Part shown: in pieces, positions 29,511-39,714 of the stretch
Layout of the letters: every line of letters starts with the position of its first letter
Numbering within the stretch: the first letter of the stretch is position 1
IMG/VR virus record: IMGVR_UViG_3300030376_003859
Location: 878-64,877 of that record
Length of the DNA: 64,000 bases
DNA from: a virus
Taxonomy: Duplodnaviria; Caudoviricetes
Reading direction: 5' to 3' (one strand)
The notes under the pieces: generated by a model
Told to the model about the DNA's origin: nothing
The model's input: only the letters and a program-made list of their open reading frames with translations
Database searches by the model: none
Made by a program: the position numbers and the translations under genes

Positions 29511-30861
29511 GAATACCACCTACCGTTTCTAAACTATCCATGACTGACATTTTACAGTTATCTTTAAACTTTTGAATATCATCTAAATAAATTCCTTCTT
29601 TTAACCAATCAAAACCTACATGGTCTTTGTGATTCTCCCACTTCATTAACTTAAATATCTCATCACATCTTCCTTTATACCAATCCGCTTTTTTATATGA
29701 TTTCTTCATACGGATTAGTTCTAATAATAATTGAGCATTACCTTTCTTTAATCTAAAATGTGGTAGGCACTTAGTTAATAGTTCTCTAACATCTGCTTGA
29801 GAATAAAAATTAAGCCTGTTGATTGGCCTTGTATCTTGTGGTGATTTTTGGTCTAAGTGCATACGGCCAAAACCTATTGACTTGTGCATTTCTTTCATAA
29901 ACACCTTGCCTCTTTCACCTGTGGCAACTAAACCTACTCTTGGATTCATATTACGGTCTAATGTAATATATCCATCGGAGTCAATAAATGCCGCAGTATA
30001 AGCCCAAATATTCTTTTTAATCATAGATGGCATCTTATAGTAAGAGCCTTCATTTGAAGCAATATCTAATTTTTTAACTACTTTAGATATATTATTAGGA
30101 CTTGATATTTTAAACAGTTGAGACGGCATTTTTTCATGTATTCCTTTAGCAGAAATACCCGGATTTTCGCATACAGTTTTTAAAATAAACTCTTCTTGTC
30201 TTTGTTTTTTACTTTTAGAAATAGATTGATTAGTTATTTTATTTATTGCGTTTCTAAATTGTTTTTTTGCAGATTTCATTGTCTTAAATAAATCGCTATA
30301 TTCTTTACCATAAGCCATATCTTTTTGTTCTAATTCTGCTTCCCAGTATTTACAAAGAGCATCAATAGTTTCTCTTCTTAATTCACTACTCTTCATTTTA
30401 TTTAGTTTAACTAAATCTTTTTCATTATATCTCATTTTAGATAAAGGAACTGTATAATCATTTAACCATGTTATTGAACCAATGCACTTCTGCAAGTGGT
30501 CGGCATAAGCATCAATCATTGTATCAATTGCTTTTGACATTTTGATTCTTTGCTCACCTTTCAATGCCCTGCGAGCCTTTCTCATTTTTCTAACAATATC
30601 GGGGATAGAATGGTCTTGAACTAAATATTCATTAGGAAAGTTATCTAATTGTTTTCTTGCTTCTGTTGCATTTATGTTAAGATGGTCTGCAAGTTTTGTT
30701 ATTTCCTCATGCTCGGATAAAACATGAGTGTTTGTAAAAAGACTTTTTTGTTCGCCAAGCCTTCTTATTTCATCTTCTTTTTCTTTCTTTTCATCTTCAA
30801 GGTTGGCTAACTCTCCCATTTGCCTCATTGTTTCTCTAACTTTATCCCCTGCTTCCGACAT
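29500..30861 (-). CDS. LAGLIDADG endonuclease-domain protein with helical N-terminus and wHTH
   Basis: YTAAFIDSDGYITL motif followed by RVGLV and RLNFYSQADV; directly downstream of TerL. Confidence 0.8.
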   Translation of the reverse strand: MSEAGDKVRETMRQMGELANLEDEKKEKEDEIRRLGEQKSLFTNTHVLSEHEEITKLADHLNINATEARKQLDNFPNEYLVQDHSIPDIVRKMRKARRALKGEQRIKMSKAIDTMIDAYADHLQKCIGSITWLNDYTVPLSKMRYNEKDLVKLNKMKSSELRRETIDALCKYWEAELEQKDMAYGKEYSDLFKTMKSAKKQFRNAINKITNQSISKSKKQRQEEFILKTVCENPGISAKGIHEKMPSQLFKISSPNNISKVVKKLDIASNEGSYYKMPSMIKKNIWAYTAAFIDSDGYITLDRNMNPRVGLVATGERGKVFMKEMHKSIGFGRMHLDQKSPQDTRPINRLNFYSQADVRELLTKCLPHFRLKKGNAQLLLELIRMKKSYKKADWYKGRCDEIFKLMKWENHKDHVGFDWLKEGIYLDDIQKFKDNCKMSVMDSLETVGGILVV

Positions 30862-30870
30862 AATAAAACC

Positions 30871-32301
30871 TCAAAAATTTAATCCTATTGCATTTCTAAC
30901 AGGCTTTCTCCCATCATTAGGAGTTTCATTAAATAGTCCTAAATCATCTAATAGTATGAAGTTATCGTTGGCTTGGTATGTGGCGGCATTTGCTAATGCT
31001 AAACTCATAACCATATCGTCGTGCGCTCCTATTCCTTCAAACTTACCTCTTTCAGTAATAGCAAACATAGATAGTTCTTCAATTAACAATGATGAAACCT
31101 TACGACTCTCTTCATTACCATAAGGGAAACTTAGTTTTCCATTTTCAAGAGTCATTTGTAGATTAAGAATAACCTCTTGTTTCTTTCTTCTTGTTGTGTT
31201 AAAGTCATGGACATTTAAATCAGCCACTTGCCTCAACTCTTGAGTAAATGATTTAGCGAATGTATTTGTTTCAAATAAAATAACTTCGGGTCTAAATACT
31301 TGACCCAACAATTTTACTTTTTGTATATTTTCTCTAAACTGAACATTCTTTGCTCGGTCAATATATACTATGGATTTATTTTCATCACTATCCATTTCTA
31401 TAACAGTAATTACATTGTAGTCTCCATCAGTAGAAATAGCAGGGTCAATACCAATAAAATATTTGTAGCCTTCACGCTTTAGAGGCTTCAAAACTAAATC
31501 TTTATTCTTAGCATTCTCCATATGTTCGGGGCTAAACAAAGAAGTTCCCGTTGAAATAGGAACACACATATATTCTCTTGTGAACATCATAGAACCAACT
31601 TCCGCCTTACGAGCCATTAGAGCATCATAATTCCATCTTTCCGGCCATAGCGGTTCATTGAGAGCATTAAGACATGGATAGGTATTAACTGTATATGCAG
31701 GATTTTCCGCAAGTTGTTGGTAAATATCTGTATAACTAAACGGAGTTCCAATAACTCTTAGAGAAGCGGTGTGGTGAAGCGTTGGTATCATATCCCCATA
31801 AAACCAATCAGTAACTTTTTGAATACCTGTCATACTAAACTCTTTCAAAGGGTCGTCAATAACAATCTCTTGAGGGTGAAGTCCTCTAATCTGTGAACCG
31901 ACAGAACGCTCAAGAATTTGATTTCCGTTAGTTAAAGTAATATTACCAATAGCCCAACCTCTTGCGGGTTTAAACTTTTTTAACATAGGATGAGTGAACA
32001 TCTTATCAATGTCTCTCATATGAACTAAAGTCTGCTTTTGGTTAGAAGAGATGTATAACATTTGATATGGGGGTTCTTCAAAGATTAACTTCCAAACAAC
32101 CCAACTATGCATAAAAACAGATTTTCCGTGGTCTCTTGAACAAATAATTACAGTTCTTTGTGTAGAGTTCATTAATTGATGCCATTCTTGTATGTATGAA
32201 GGAAAATCAAAACCTAATACATTTTGAAAAAAATATGGAAAAGAGTTTTTAGATAATTTCATATCCATTTCATGTTCAAAATTAAATGCTTCTAATTCCA
32301 T
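30871..32301 (-). CDS. terL: Terminase large subunit
   Basis: Walker A CSRDHGKS, Walker B IVIDD, coupling motif IGTP, nuclease GIDPA...HDDMVMS. Confidence 0.95.
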   Translation of the reverse strand: MELEAFNFEHEMDMKLSKNSFPYFFQNVLGFDFPSYIQEWHQLMNSTQRTVIICSRDHGKSVFMHSWVVWKLIFEEPPYQMLYISSNQKQTLVHMRDIDKMFTHPMLKKFKPARGWAIGNITLTNGNQILERSVGSQIRGLHPQEIVIDDPLKEFSMTGIQKVTDWFYGDMIPTLHHTASLRVIGTPFSYTDIYQQLAENPAYTVNTYPCLNALNEPLWPERWNYDALMARKAEVGSMMFTREYMCVPISTGTSLFSPEHMENAKNKDLVLKPLKREGYKYFIGIDPAISTDGDYNVITVIEMDSDENKSIVYIDRAKNVQFRENIQKVKLLGQVFRPEVILFETNTFAKSFTQELRQVADLNVHDFNTTRRKKQEVILNLQMTLENGKLSFPYGNEESRKVSSLLIEELSMFAITERGKFEGIGAHDDMVMSLALANAATYQANDNFILLDDLGLFNETPNDGRKPVRNAIGLNF

Positions 32302-32303
32302 AA

Positions 32304-33686
32304 TTATCGCCTGTTTCTATTTTTTCTATTTCTATTTTTATTTTTATTTTTCTTTTTTGGAGTGTAAGGTTTAAGCGTGAATCCTTTTGGTTTTTCTTTT
32401 TCTTGTGGTTTTTCTTTTGGTTCTTTCTTTTCTGGTTCTTTTTCAAGAATAGCCTGTCCTTTAGGATGATTAGGTTTAATACCTTGATAAAAACAATCTA
32501 CTTTTTTTCTTCCTGTGTATTCTCTTTGTAATTGAGACAAAGTAAGTGAATCAAAATAATTTGTAAAAACAATTATTTTTGTTATTAATTCTCCGGTTTC
32601 GGGGTTTCTCATATTACGATTAAATTCTTTTTTTGTTCCTGCTATTTTTCTTCCTTTTGTAGTATAAATATCTACTAAAATAATTTCATAATTATTTACA
32701 TCTTCTTTTCTATAAAACCAATAGTTTCCTTGAGCGAGGTCTTTGACGCAATCAACCCATTTTTCAATTTCATCAGTATTTTTATTAGAAGTTCCATGAT
32801 TTCCATGAACTCCTTTTAAATAATGACCCCTTACGATAACTCTAACTGTTCCATAATCATATGCCTTTGGCGGATAAGGAATATGAGAACCATCATTTTC
32901 TACGGCTGACGCATAATCAAAATAATGGCTTGGAGGCAAAACCTTAACAATATTTTCTAAATTATTTTTTTTCAATTGATTAAACCAATTACCCCTAATA
33001 GATTTACGAGGTTTTGTAGTGAACCTGCTTACATCCTTTCCTTCCTGTAATTCTGTAATAAAAGTCTTTGCTTGTGAACGGCTAAGTCCTTTGTAATTCA
33101 AAACTTTACCCGAAGCATCAAGAACATTATATCCTGCTGAACCCATTTCCATTCTATATGACTTGAGAATACTAAACCACTTTTTCATAGATAGTCCTTT
33201 GACTCCCCAAGATGCCCCCTTTGGGTGATTATCATAATAGTCTTTGAATGCTTTAATTGTTGGATTATTCGCATACTCTCCTAACTCTTCATCAGTCGGT
33301 TTGATAGACCAACCGTTATCTTTTGCTGTTTGATTCCATTCTGCTGAACTAATATTAGATGAAGAAAAACCTGCAATATAAGGAGTTGGGATTATTCTAT
33401 CCGCTTCCTGTGATACTTTTTTATAAACTCCTTCGCCCCTTTCTTCGGGTATGGTAAATGCTCCGCCTCTAAGACTAAAACCATCTCTTGTAGAATAGCC
33501 AAGTCCGGAAATTGGTTTGCCTTCTTTCATAAAAACTATAAATTTATCAATCGGATAAAAAGAATCTAAAGGGGAATTTTCCGACCTGTTCATAGGAAAT
33601 GGCTTATCGCCCATAGTTTCACTCCATAGTTGTTGGAGTTCTTCTTTAGACATTTCTTTGAACAAATCAAGACCTCTCGTATTCAA
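32304..33686 (-). CDS. Multidomain protein with GNAT-like N-domain and internal WxxILK motifs
   Basis: AFTIPEERGEGVYKKV resembles the GNAT acetyl-CoA motif A; internal MKKWFSILKS and NWFNQLKK. Confidence 0.5.
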   Translation of the reverse strand: MNTRGLDLFKEMSKEELQQLWSETMGDKPFPMNRSENSPLDSFYPIDKFIVFMKEGKPISGLGYSTRDGFSLRGGAFTIPEERGEGVYKKVSQEADRIIPTPYIAGFSSSNISSAEWNQTAKDNGWSIKPTDEELGEYANNPTIKAFKDYYDNHPKGASWGVKGLSMKKWFSILKSYRMEMGSAGYNVLDASGKVLNYKGLSRSQAKTFITELQEGKDVSRFTTKPRKSIRGNWFNQLKKNNLENIVKVLPPSHYFDYASAVENDGSHIPYPPKAYDYGTVRVIVRGHYLKGVHGNHGTSNKNTDEIEKWVDCVKDLAQGNYWFYRKEDVNNYEIILVDIYTTKGRKIAGTKKEFNRNMRNPETGELITKIIVFTNYFDSLTLSQLQREYTGRKKVDCFYQGIKPNHPKGQAILEKEPEKKEPKEKPQEKEKPKGFTLKPYTPKKKNKNKNRNRKNRNRR

Positions 33687-33930
33687 CTATCAAGTCTTTA
33701 ATTTCTCCCGCCACTTTTCTTAGAGTTTCAGCAACTTGCATATATCTACTGGCTCTTGCCTTATCCTTTAAGGCGTATTCTTCTATCATAGGAACAAAAT
33801 TAGTAATCGCTTTGTGTAATGAAGGGGCTTTGCTAAAATCTTGTCGTAGTTGTTGTGCTATTAATTGAGGATTAGTTTGCATAGCACCGTCATAATAACG
33901 GGCTTTCAAAAAATCCTCCCAACTTGACAT
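33667..33930 (-). CDS. WxxILK-tagged protein
   Basis: ATG after GGTGA; MSSWEDFLKAR. Confidence 0.65.
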   Translation of the reverse strand: MSSWEDFLKARYYDGAMQTNPQLIAQQLRQDFSKAPSLHKAITNFVPMIEEYALKDKARASRYMQVAETLRKVAGEIKDLIVEYERS

Positions 33931-33934
33931 AACA

Positions 33935-34438
33935 TCACCTGTATAATCTATCGGACTTAAGGCGTTTAATAGTATTCTCAACCATCATATCAACTAATTC
34001 TTTTTGAGTTGTAGCGAGTCTTTTACCATCTTTATTTAAATTCAGCAAAACTGTCATAACTAACTCATGGTCTATTCCTTCAAATGCCTCTTTTAATTGT
34101 TGAGTAAGTTTTTCAATTGCTTCTTTTGCTTCATCGGGCAAATTACTCTTTGATTTCTTCATTCTATTTTCATCATCAAATTGAGGAATAAGAGGTTGCT
34201 CTCTTGAAGGTAGTCCTTGCCTAACTCTTTCTCTTGCTCTCTTTACATCTTCCGGTAAATCTTCTTCCTTCATAAATGATTGAACTAAATTACTATATTC
34301 TTCTCTATATTTTGGAATTGTAGCGAAATCCATCGCAACTCCCGCCATTCCATCGGGGTTATATCTTTCCATCATTATTTTAGTGGCTTTATTTGAAGCC
34401 TCATCAAATGTCATTTTTAGTATATCTTTCCATGTCAT
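33935..34438 (-). CDS. WxxILK-tagged protein
   Basis: Starts MTWKDILKM. Confidence 0.65.
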   Translation of the reverse strand: MTWKDILKMTFDEASNKATKIMMERYNPDGMAGVAMDFATIPKYREEYSNLVQSFMKEEDLPEDVKRARERVRQGLPSREQPLIPQFDDENRMKKSKSNLPDEAKEAIEKLTQQLKEAFEGIDHELVMTVLLNLNKDGKRLATTQKELVDMMVENTIKRLKSDRLYR

Positions 34439-34442
34439 ATTA

Positions 34443-36926
34443 TCACCTAAAATTTGCTTTAATCAAATAAACTTGCTCTTTACTAATTCCGTATTCTGTT
34501 GAAATATTGCTATGTGAATCAACCGCCTTTACAATTTGCTCCACTTCAAACATTGTCAAGTCAATGTTTTCATCAACTTGCATCTTATTAATGACTCTTT
34601 CGATTCCATATTCATTTAGTGGAACATAACCATAAACAAGAGGCTTCCCTAATTGTTCTCTTACTGCGTCATGTGCTTTCAATAGTTTATGCAATAGAAC
34701 AGGTAGGTCAGTTTGTGCGCTTTCAAAGATAGTTTTGAGTCTGTTGTATTCTGTTTTCATAGCAGGACTTTTCTTTGTTAGAATACCTTGATTCATGTCA
34801 AGCCAATGAGGAAGTGCAAATACAGGGAATGGTTTTCTCGCCATATATTGCTTATCAAACAAATCGGCTCTTTCTTTGATAGTCTTTCCATCAAAATCAT
34901 TTTCTGCCCTGCTTAAATCCCCTATATCTTCCATAAAATGATGAATTAAAGCCGCACAATAATTGTTATTTGCTTCCTCTTTTCCAAAAATTTCAGTTAA
35001 TGCTTCTGCCGCAAACTCTCCTTCTGTAATAATATCAGCATCAATTTTAACGCTCGGCATAAATATATTATCTAAGAAATCAGCAATTGCTCTTAAGTCT
35101 CCTTCATCTACTTCTTCTACTGAACCTTCAAACAGGGTATCATATGAAGCCGACATAACAGTTTCTAATCCTAAATCTAAACTTAAAGTCTGCATAACTT
35201 TTGACCCAATACTTGAACCAAAACGAGGAATTTCTAATGGTAGTAATCCACTATACAACGGGTCAAAGAAATAATCAATTGCTGAATCCATCATCTTTTG
35301 TAGTTCGCTTTGGAATTTAGCAAACTCTCCCCTAAATTCTCCTTTTTGATTTAATGACATTGGAACTTTTGCACTTCCTGTTAATCCTTCCAAATCCGTT
35401 CCTCTTGCTTCTCTATAATCTTGAACAGAACCTCTCCTTCTTCCTTTTGTAGTTCTTGCTTCAACTTCTGCTCTAAAATCTTCACTACTCAAAAGATTGT
35501 ATAAATCACCAAAGAAATATTTAATTTTATCAAGATTATCTAAACCTATATCTTTGTTATTTGCTATTGATTTAAATTTGTTCTCATCATATAGTTTAGC
35601 GAAAGTGGTATTACTCAAAACAGAAATTGGTAATGCCATTGTTTTAACATCGCCATCATCAAGAGTCGTAGTATCATCTATCTCATCAAACCAATTTTCA
35701 ATATCTGTTGATGTGTCTAATGAAACACCCTTCCCCTCATCAATTGCATCTTCAACTTTTCTTAAAAGTTCTAATAAAACTCTTTCCATTTCATCATTAA
35801 TAGCAATCAGTCTTTCTCCTTTTTGATATTCATAAATCAATAGAGGGTCTGCCGCACCAAATATGCTTTCATAATCTTCTTCCCATTTTGGCTCATCAAA
35901 CAATTCATCTCTATAATTTTCTATATCTATTGTATCGCCTTCTGTGCTACTTGAACCTGCTATTCCCGATTCCAACTCTTCTCTTAATTTTTGGTTAATA
36001 TCAGCATATTGTTGGTCTTTGGGGGTTTCTCCTTCTTCACCAAAATTTGATTCGGCATCTTCTCTTCTTGTTAAACCTTCTAACATCATTCTATATGCAA
36101 CCAAATTAAAAAATCTGTGCTTTGGGGCTAAAAATTCTTCTTCAACATCTGTAAATTCTGCGATATATTCTAAGTTAATATCATTTACATCGTTGTATAA
36201 TTTTTCAAATAATTTTTCTACTGATGCATTTTCCCATTCAATATTTTTAACTGCAACAAAAAATGCCGCTAAATCATTTTCAAAATCATCATATTTTTTG
36301 CCTATATCCGCCCAATAATCATAAACTTGCATTCTATTTTGTTTTTTAGAAACATTGATTGCGCCTAAAAATTTGTTGCGTGGAAATTTGCTTTTAAGTT
36401 GAACATACTCTCTAACATTGGCAATATCTCCAAGAGTTTGTAGAATTTTTTGGACATTTTTCCTAAATGCTTCCGTCATTCCTTCGGCAGTTAGCATTCT
36501 TTCAACATCGGGTCTATCTAATAGTTCCGGCTTGGGATTTCTTATGTCTATTTTTCCTTTTATTTCTTCATTCATAAGATAGTTTTCATTAATCAATTGG
36601 CCGTCTGCATACAGATTCATTTGTGTTAATGGTTTTAATAACATATTAAAAGAGGATTGAGTAGCCCTTGCTCCCCTACCCTCTTCGTTAATACGATTTT
36701 TAATATGTTCTCTAACTTCTTTTCCTTTTTCTTCTAAGGAGTTAAGCATAGCCTGTCTTTCTTCTGTATCGTCAATTGTCCTTGCTTCGTCTTTTAGTTT
36801 ATCTTTAAATTGATTAACTAATTTAGAAATCAATTGTCTTCGTGTTAATGGATTAGAAGTTGCTAATTCATTTACTTTTTCGGCAGACAAATTCAGCATT
36901 TTTATTTCTTCTTCGCTTAGTGCCAT
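34443..36926 (-). CDS. Large acidic helical protein (putative internal/ejection protein)
   Basis: About 827 aa, no catalytic motif recognised, inside the tagged-gene block. Confidence 0.55.
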   Translation of the reverse strand: MALSEEEIKMLNLSAEKVNELATSNPLTRRQLISKLVNQFKDKLKDEARTIDDTEERQAMLNSLEEKGKEVREHIKNRINEEGRGARATQSSFNMLLKPLTQMNLYADGQLINENYLMNEEIKGKIDIRNPKPELLDRPDVERMLTAEGMTEAFRKNVQKILQTLGDIANVREYVQLKSKFPRNKFLGAINVSKKQNRMQVYDYWADIGKKYDDFENDLAAFFVAVKNIEWENASVEKLFEKLYNDVNDINLEYIAEFTDVEEEFLAPKHRFFNLVAYRMMLEGLTRREDAESNFGEEGETPKDQQYADINQKLREELESGIAGSSSTEGDTIDIENYRDELFDEPKWEEDYESIFGAADPLLIYEYQKGERLIAINDEMERVLLELLRKVEDAIDEGKGVSLDTSTDIENWFDEIDDTTTLDDGDVKTMALPISVLSNTTFAKLYDENKFKSIANNKDIGLDNLDKIKYFFGDLYNLLSSEDFRAEVEARTTKGRRRGSVQDYREARGTDLEGLTGSAKVPMSLNQKGEFRGEFAKFQSELQKMMDSAIDYFFDPLYSGLLPLEIPRFGSSIGSKVMQTLSLDLGLETVMSASYDTLFEGSVEEVDEGDLRAIADFLDNIFMPSVKIDADIITEGEFAAEALTEIFGKEEANNNYCAALIHHFMEDIGDLSRAENDFDGKTIKERADLFDKQYMARKPFPVFALPHWLDMNQGILTKKSPAMKTEYNRLKTIFESAQTDLPVLLHKLLKAHDAVREQLGKPLVYGYVPLNEYGIERVINKMQVDENIDLTMFEVEQIVKAVDSHSNISTEYGISKEQVYLIKANFR

Positions 36927-36930
36927 AATA

Positions 36931-39273
36931 TCATTCCTCTTCTGTTCCGTCTGCATATCTTATTAGATTTTCATTGATAAATTGTTTCTTTGCATTTATT
37001 ACTTGATTGTCGGGAAAAGTCGCTGGTTTATCAACAAATTCTTGTAGTTTATTCTTAAAAGCCCCTATTAATTCTTCCTGCATTGTTTTTAGTATATTAG
37101 GCATTTGCTCATTTAACTTCTGTGCTTCGGCTTTCGCTATTTCTGCGTTAGAATCAATTTTAATAAAGGCTTCTCTTATTTCATTGTTATTAGTATGTTC
37201 AGCCATTTGTGCAAGGAAACTTAAACTTCTTTCCGGAGTTATCTTATCTAAAGCACTTGCTGACCTATCAATAGTATTAACAAACGCTTCTAATCCCCCT
37301 TTATCCTTTAGTTTTCTTGACATAGAAACAACATAATCTGCAAAATCATCGGTTGTTAAAAGTTCATCTCTTAATTTTGCGGTTTGTTCGCCAAAGTCTG
37401 TTAATGTTTTGCCGGAGGTCTTTCTATCTTTAGTTTGTTTTAGCCTCATTTCATAACGGGCAATATTTCTTTTTGTTGCTTCTTGTAGTTCTTGTAGTTG
37501 AAGAGGTTTCATAGTTGGCTCGCCTTCATCATCTTTAGGCAAATTTTCTGCACTAAATTTAGAATATTTACCTAACTTTTCCTTAGCCTTGCGTATTTTT
37601 TCTTCTAAGTCCTTGATTAAATCATCAATTTTTCCTTTAGCAGATTCCGGAGCATCACGGCTCGTTGCTTTCATTCCTATTTTATAAGCATCTCTTGGAT
37701 TAATTTTTTCTCCGGCTAAAGATACCGAAGCATGGTTAGCATAAGTTCTAATATTTAGTTTTTCAAAAATAATATTACCTTCATTATCTCTTTTTGGAAC
37801 ACCATCTTCTAAAATAGGTTGAGGTTCTTCGGAGTCTAACGCTCTACCGTTTCTAAAGTATTTAATTTCTAAATCATCCATTGGAAAATCTTCGGGGTCG
37901 CTTTCGCTTAGAGTTTTGTAGAATTTTTCAAAATTATTTGCTTCTTGAATAGTAAAGTCCTCGCCCAAGTATTGCAGTTGCTCGGATTGTAGATTTAGTT
38001 TAGCATCTTCTACTTGGTTTCCTAAAATCCTGCTTGAATTTATAAAATTTCTAATTTCTTTTTTTACAGCCTTCTTGGTTTTAGTTTTTGCACCTTGAAT
38101 GCCGTTTTCTCCAATAAGACTCCCAACATATAGATTACTAATTGTTCTTTCTTCATCTGCTATAACTGCTTGATAGATTTCTTCAACAATTATCTGTTCA
38201 GCCTCTTTTATACTTAACATTTCATTACTTCTTAGTGTATCAAAGAATTGTTTTTGCCATGTTGCGCTATTTGAAAAGTCATTTGTTATAACTAAAGAAG
38301 AATATGGATTCAAATTCATACTATTTGAACTTGATTTTTCTAAAAATAGAACAGAAGGCAGACTTCTTCTATTTGGAAGGGTTGTTGGCCTAAATGCTCT
38401 TACACTACCTTTAGTTTTATCAACTGCTCTAACATATTTTATTACAGAAGCACCTGTAAATGGCTCAATTAATTCTAATTTTTTATTTGAAGCGACAAAT
38501 ATCTTTTTTTGTCTAACTAAGTCGTCAATTTCAATATTGTTATCGCCAATATTGAGTTTCATACCCAAATTTCTCTCTTCTCCTTGCATTTTGTTGTAAA
38601 TTATTTTAATTTGTTCTTTTCTTTTAACAACTTCCGGAGAATCTAAAACTTTATCTCGCTTTTTGTTCATTTTTATTGACATTAAGGCAACAATTTCACT
38701 TTCCGACTTAAAATTAACTAAAATCCCATCACCCTTTACTGTTCCATTGATTAATTTAGCAAATTCTTTGATTAAACTTTTGTTTTTTGGAGGATTATCA
38801 AAAATTATAGTCGATTTATTGCCTTTCATTCTCAATAAATCTAATTTATCTCTTAAGTCTCTATTTCTTTTAAGAGTAGAGACGGACAAATCAGCATTTT
38901 GGTCTATATTTTCTAAAATTTCATCAACTCTTTGGTGATTATTATTTCTTTTTGCTTCGGTTGCTTCATTTACTAACTCTTTGACTTCATCGGTTGTCAA
39001 AAATCGTGCCGCTTCCTTTATTTTTTGAACATTTTCTTTCATTTGTTCTAAAGTTTGGTCGCCATGTGGAGGCTGACCGTATAAATCTTTTAAATTCTGT
39101 AAATCTAACTGTTTATTTTCAACACTTCTTAATAATTCTTTAAGTGCTTTAGGAGTCTTTGATAGATTTTCTATTTCTTTTATTGCCTTTTCAGTTTCTT
39201 TGGCGTTAGTTATAACATAACCTAAAGTAAAGTTATCTAACGGAATCATTTTTAATAATTCAAACCAAGACAT
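36931..39273 (-). CDS. Large WxxILK-tagged protein (putative internal/ejection protein)
   Basis: Starts MSWFELLKM; about 780 aa, coiled-coil rich. Confidence 0.6.
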   Translation of the reverse strand: MSWFELLKMIPLDNFTLGYVITNAKETEKAIKEIENLSKTPKALKELLRSVENKQLDLQNLKDLYGQPPHGDQTLEQMKENVQKIKEAARFLTTDEVKELVNEATEAKRNNNHQRVDEILENIDQNADLSVSTLKRNRDLRDKLDLLRMKGNKSTIIFDNPPKNKSLIKEFAKLINGTVKGDGILVNFKSESEIVALMSIKMNKKRDKVLDSPEVVKRKEQIKIIYNKMQGEERNLGMKLNIGDNNIEIDDLVRQKKIFVASNKKLELIEPFTGASVIKYVRAVDKTKGSVRAFRPTTLPNRRSLPSVLFLEKSSSNSMNLNPYSSLVITNDFSNSATWQKQFFDTLRSNEMLSIKEAEQIIVEEIYQAVIADEERTISNLYVGSLIGENGIQGAKTKTKKAVKKEIRNFINSSRILGNQVEDAKLNLQSEQLQYLGEDFTIQEANNFEKFYKTLSESDPEDFPMDDLEIKYFRNGRALDSEEPQPILEDGVPKRDNEGNIIFEKLNIRTYANHASVSLAGEKINPRDAYKIGMKATSRDAPESAKGKIDDLIKDLEEKIRKAKEKLGKYSKFSAENLPKDDEGEPTMKPLQLQELQEATKRNIARYEMRLKQTKDRKTSGKTLTDFGEQTAKLRDELLTTDDFADYVVSMSRKLKDKGGLEAFVNTIDRSASALDKITPERSLSFLAQMAEHTNNNEIREAFIKIDSNAEIAKAEAQKLNEQMPNILKTMQEELIGAFKNKLQEFVDKPATFPDNQVINAKKQFINENLIRYADGTEEE

Positions 39274-39277
39274 TGAA

Positions 39278-39547
39278 TCACTTTCCATTAACTGCTCGCA
39301 GAATAACTTTAATTAAATCAAAAACCTGTTGTTTGTTATTATTACTTTGGCCTTTGGCAGATTCAAAAAGAATTTTAATATCGCTTTTAGCATCGGGTGG
39401 CGAGGTATTATACAATGCTTGTAGTTCTTTTAATTCATTGGGGATTGGTTTGTCTTTCCATTTTTCATAGTCATATTCTCCTGTAAGAACATCGCCTAAA
39501 TCTTCCCATTCTTTTTCGTCTTTTTTAATTATTCTTTCCCAAACCAT
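39278..39547 (-). CDS. WxxILK-tagged protein
   Basis: Starts MVWERIIKK. Confidence 0.65.
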   Translation of the reverse strand: MVWERIIKKDEKEWEDLGDVLTGEYDYEKWKDKPIPNELKELQALYNTSPPDAKSDIKILFESAKGQSNNNKQQVFDLIKVILRAVNGK

Positions 39548-39548
39548 A

Positions 39549-39713
39549 TTACCACCTATAACCTCTTAAATTTTCTAATGCGTCATAAAATATATCTTCT
39601 AATTTTTGGATTCTACCGTCTTTGTATTCTTGTTTCAAATCTTCAATTATTCGTAGAGCCTTCTTAATCTCATTAACCATATCATATTTTTTGATTTGAT
39701 TTTTCCAAGACAT
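39549..39713 (-). CDS. WxxILK-tagged 54-aa protein (missed by ORF track)
   Basis: Manual translation MSWKNQIKKYDMVNEIKKALRII...GYRW*. Confidence 0.65.
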   Translation of the reverse strand: MSWKNQIKKYDMVNEIKKALRIIEDLKQEYKDGRIQKLEDIFYDALENLRGYRW

Positions 39714-39714
39714 A

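Noticed and set aside
29500-32301. LAGLIDADG ORF as an intein or intron of terL
   Set aside because: TerL is complete with all motifs and its own stop; the endonuclease ORF has a separate SD and ATG and no splice-junction residues.
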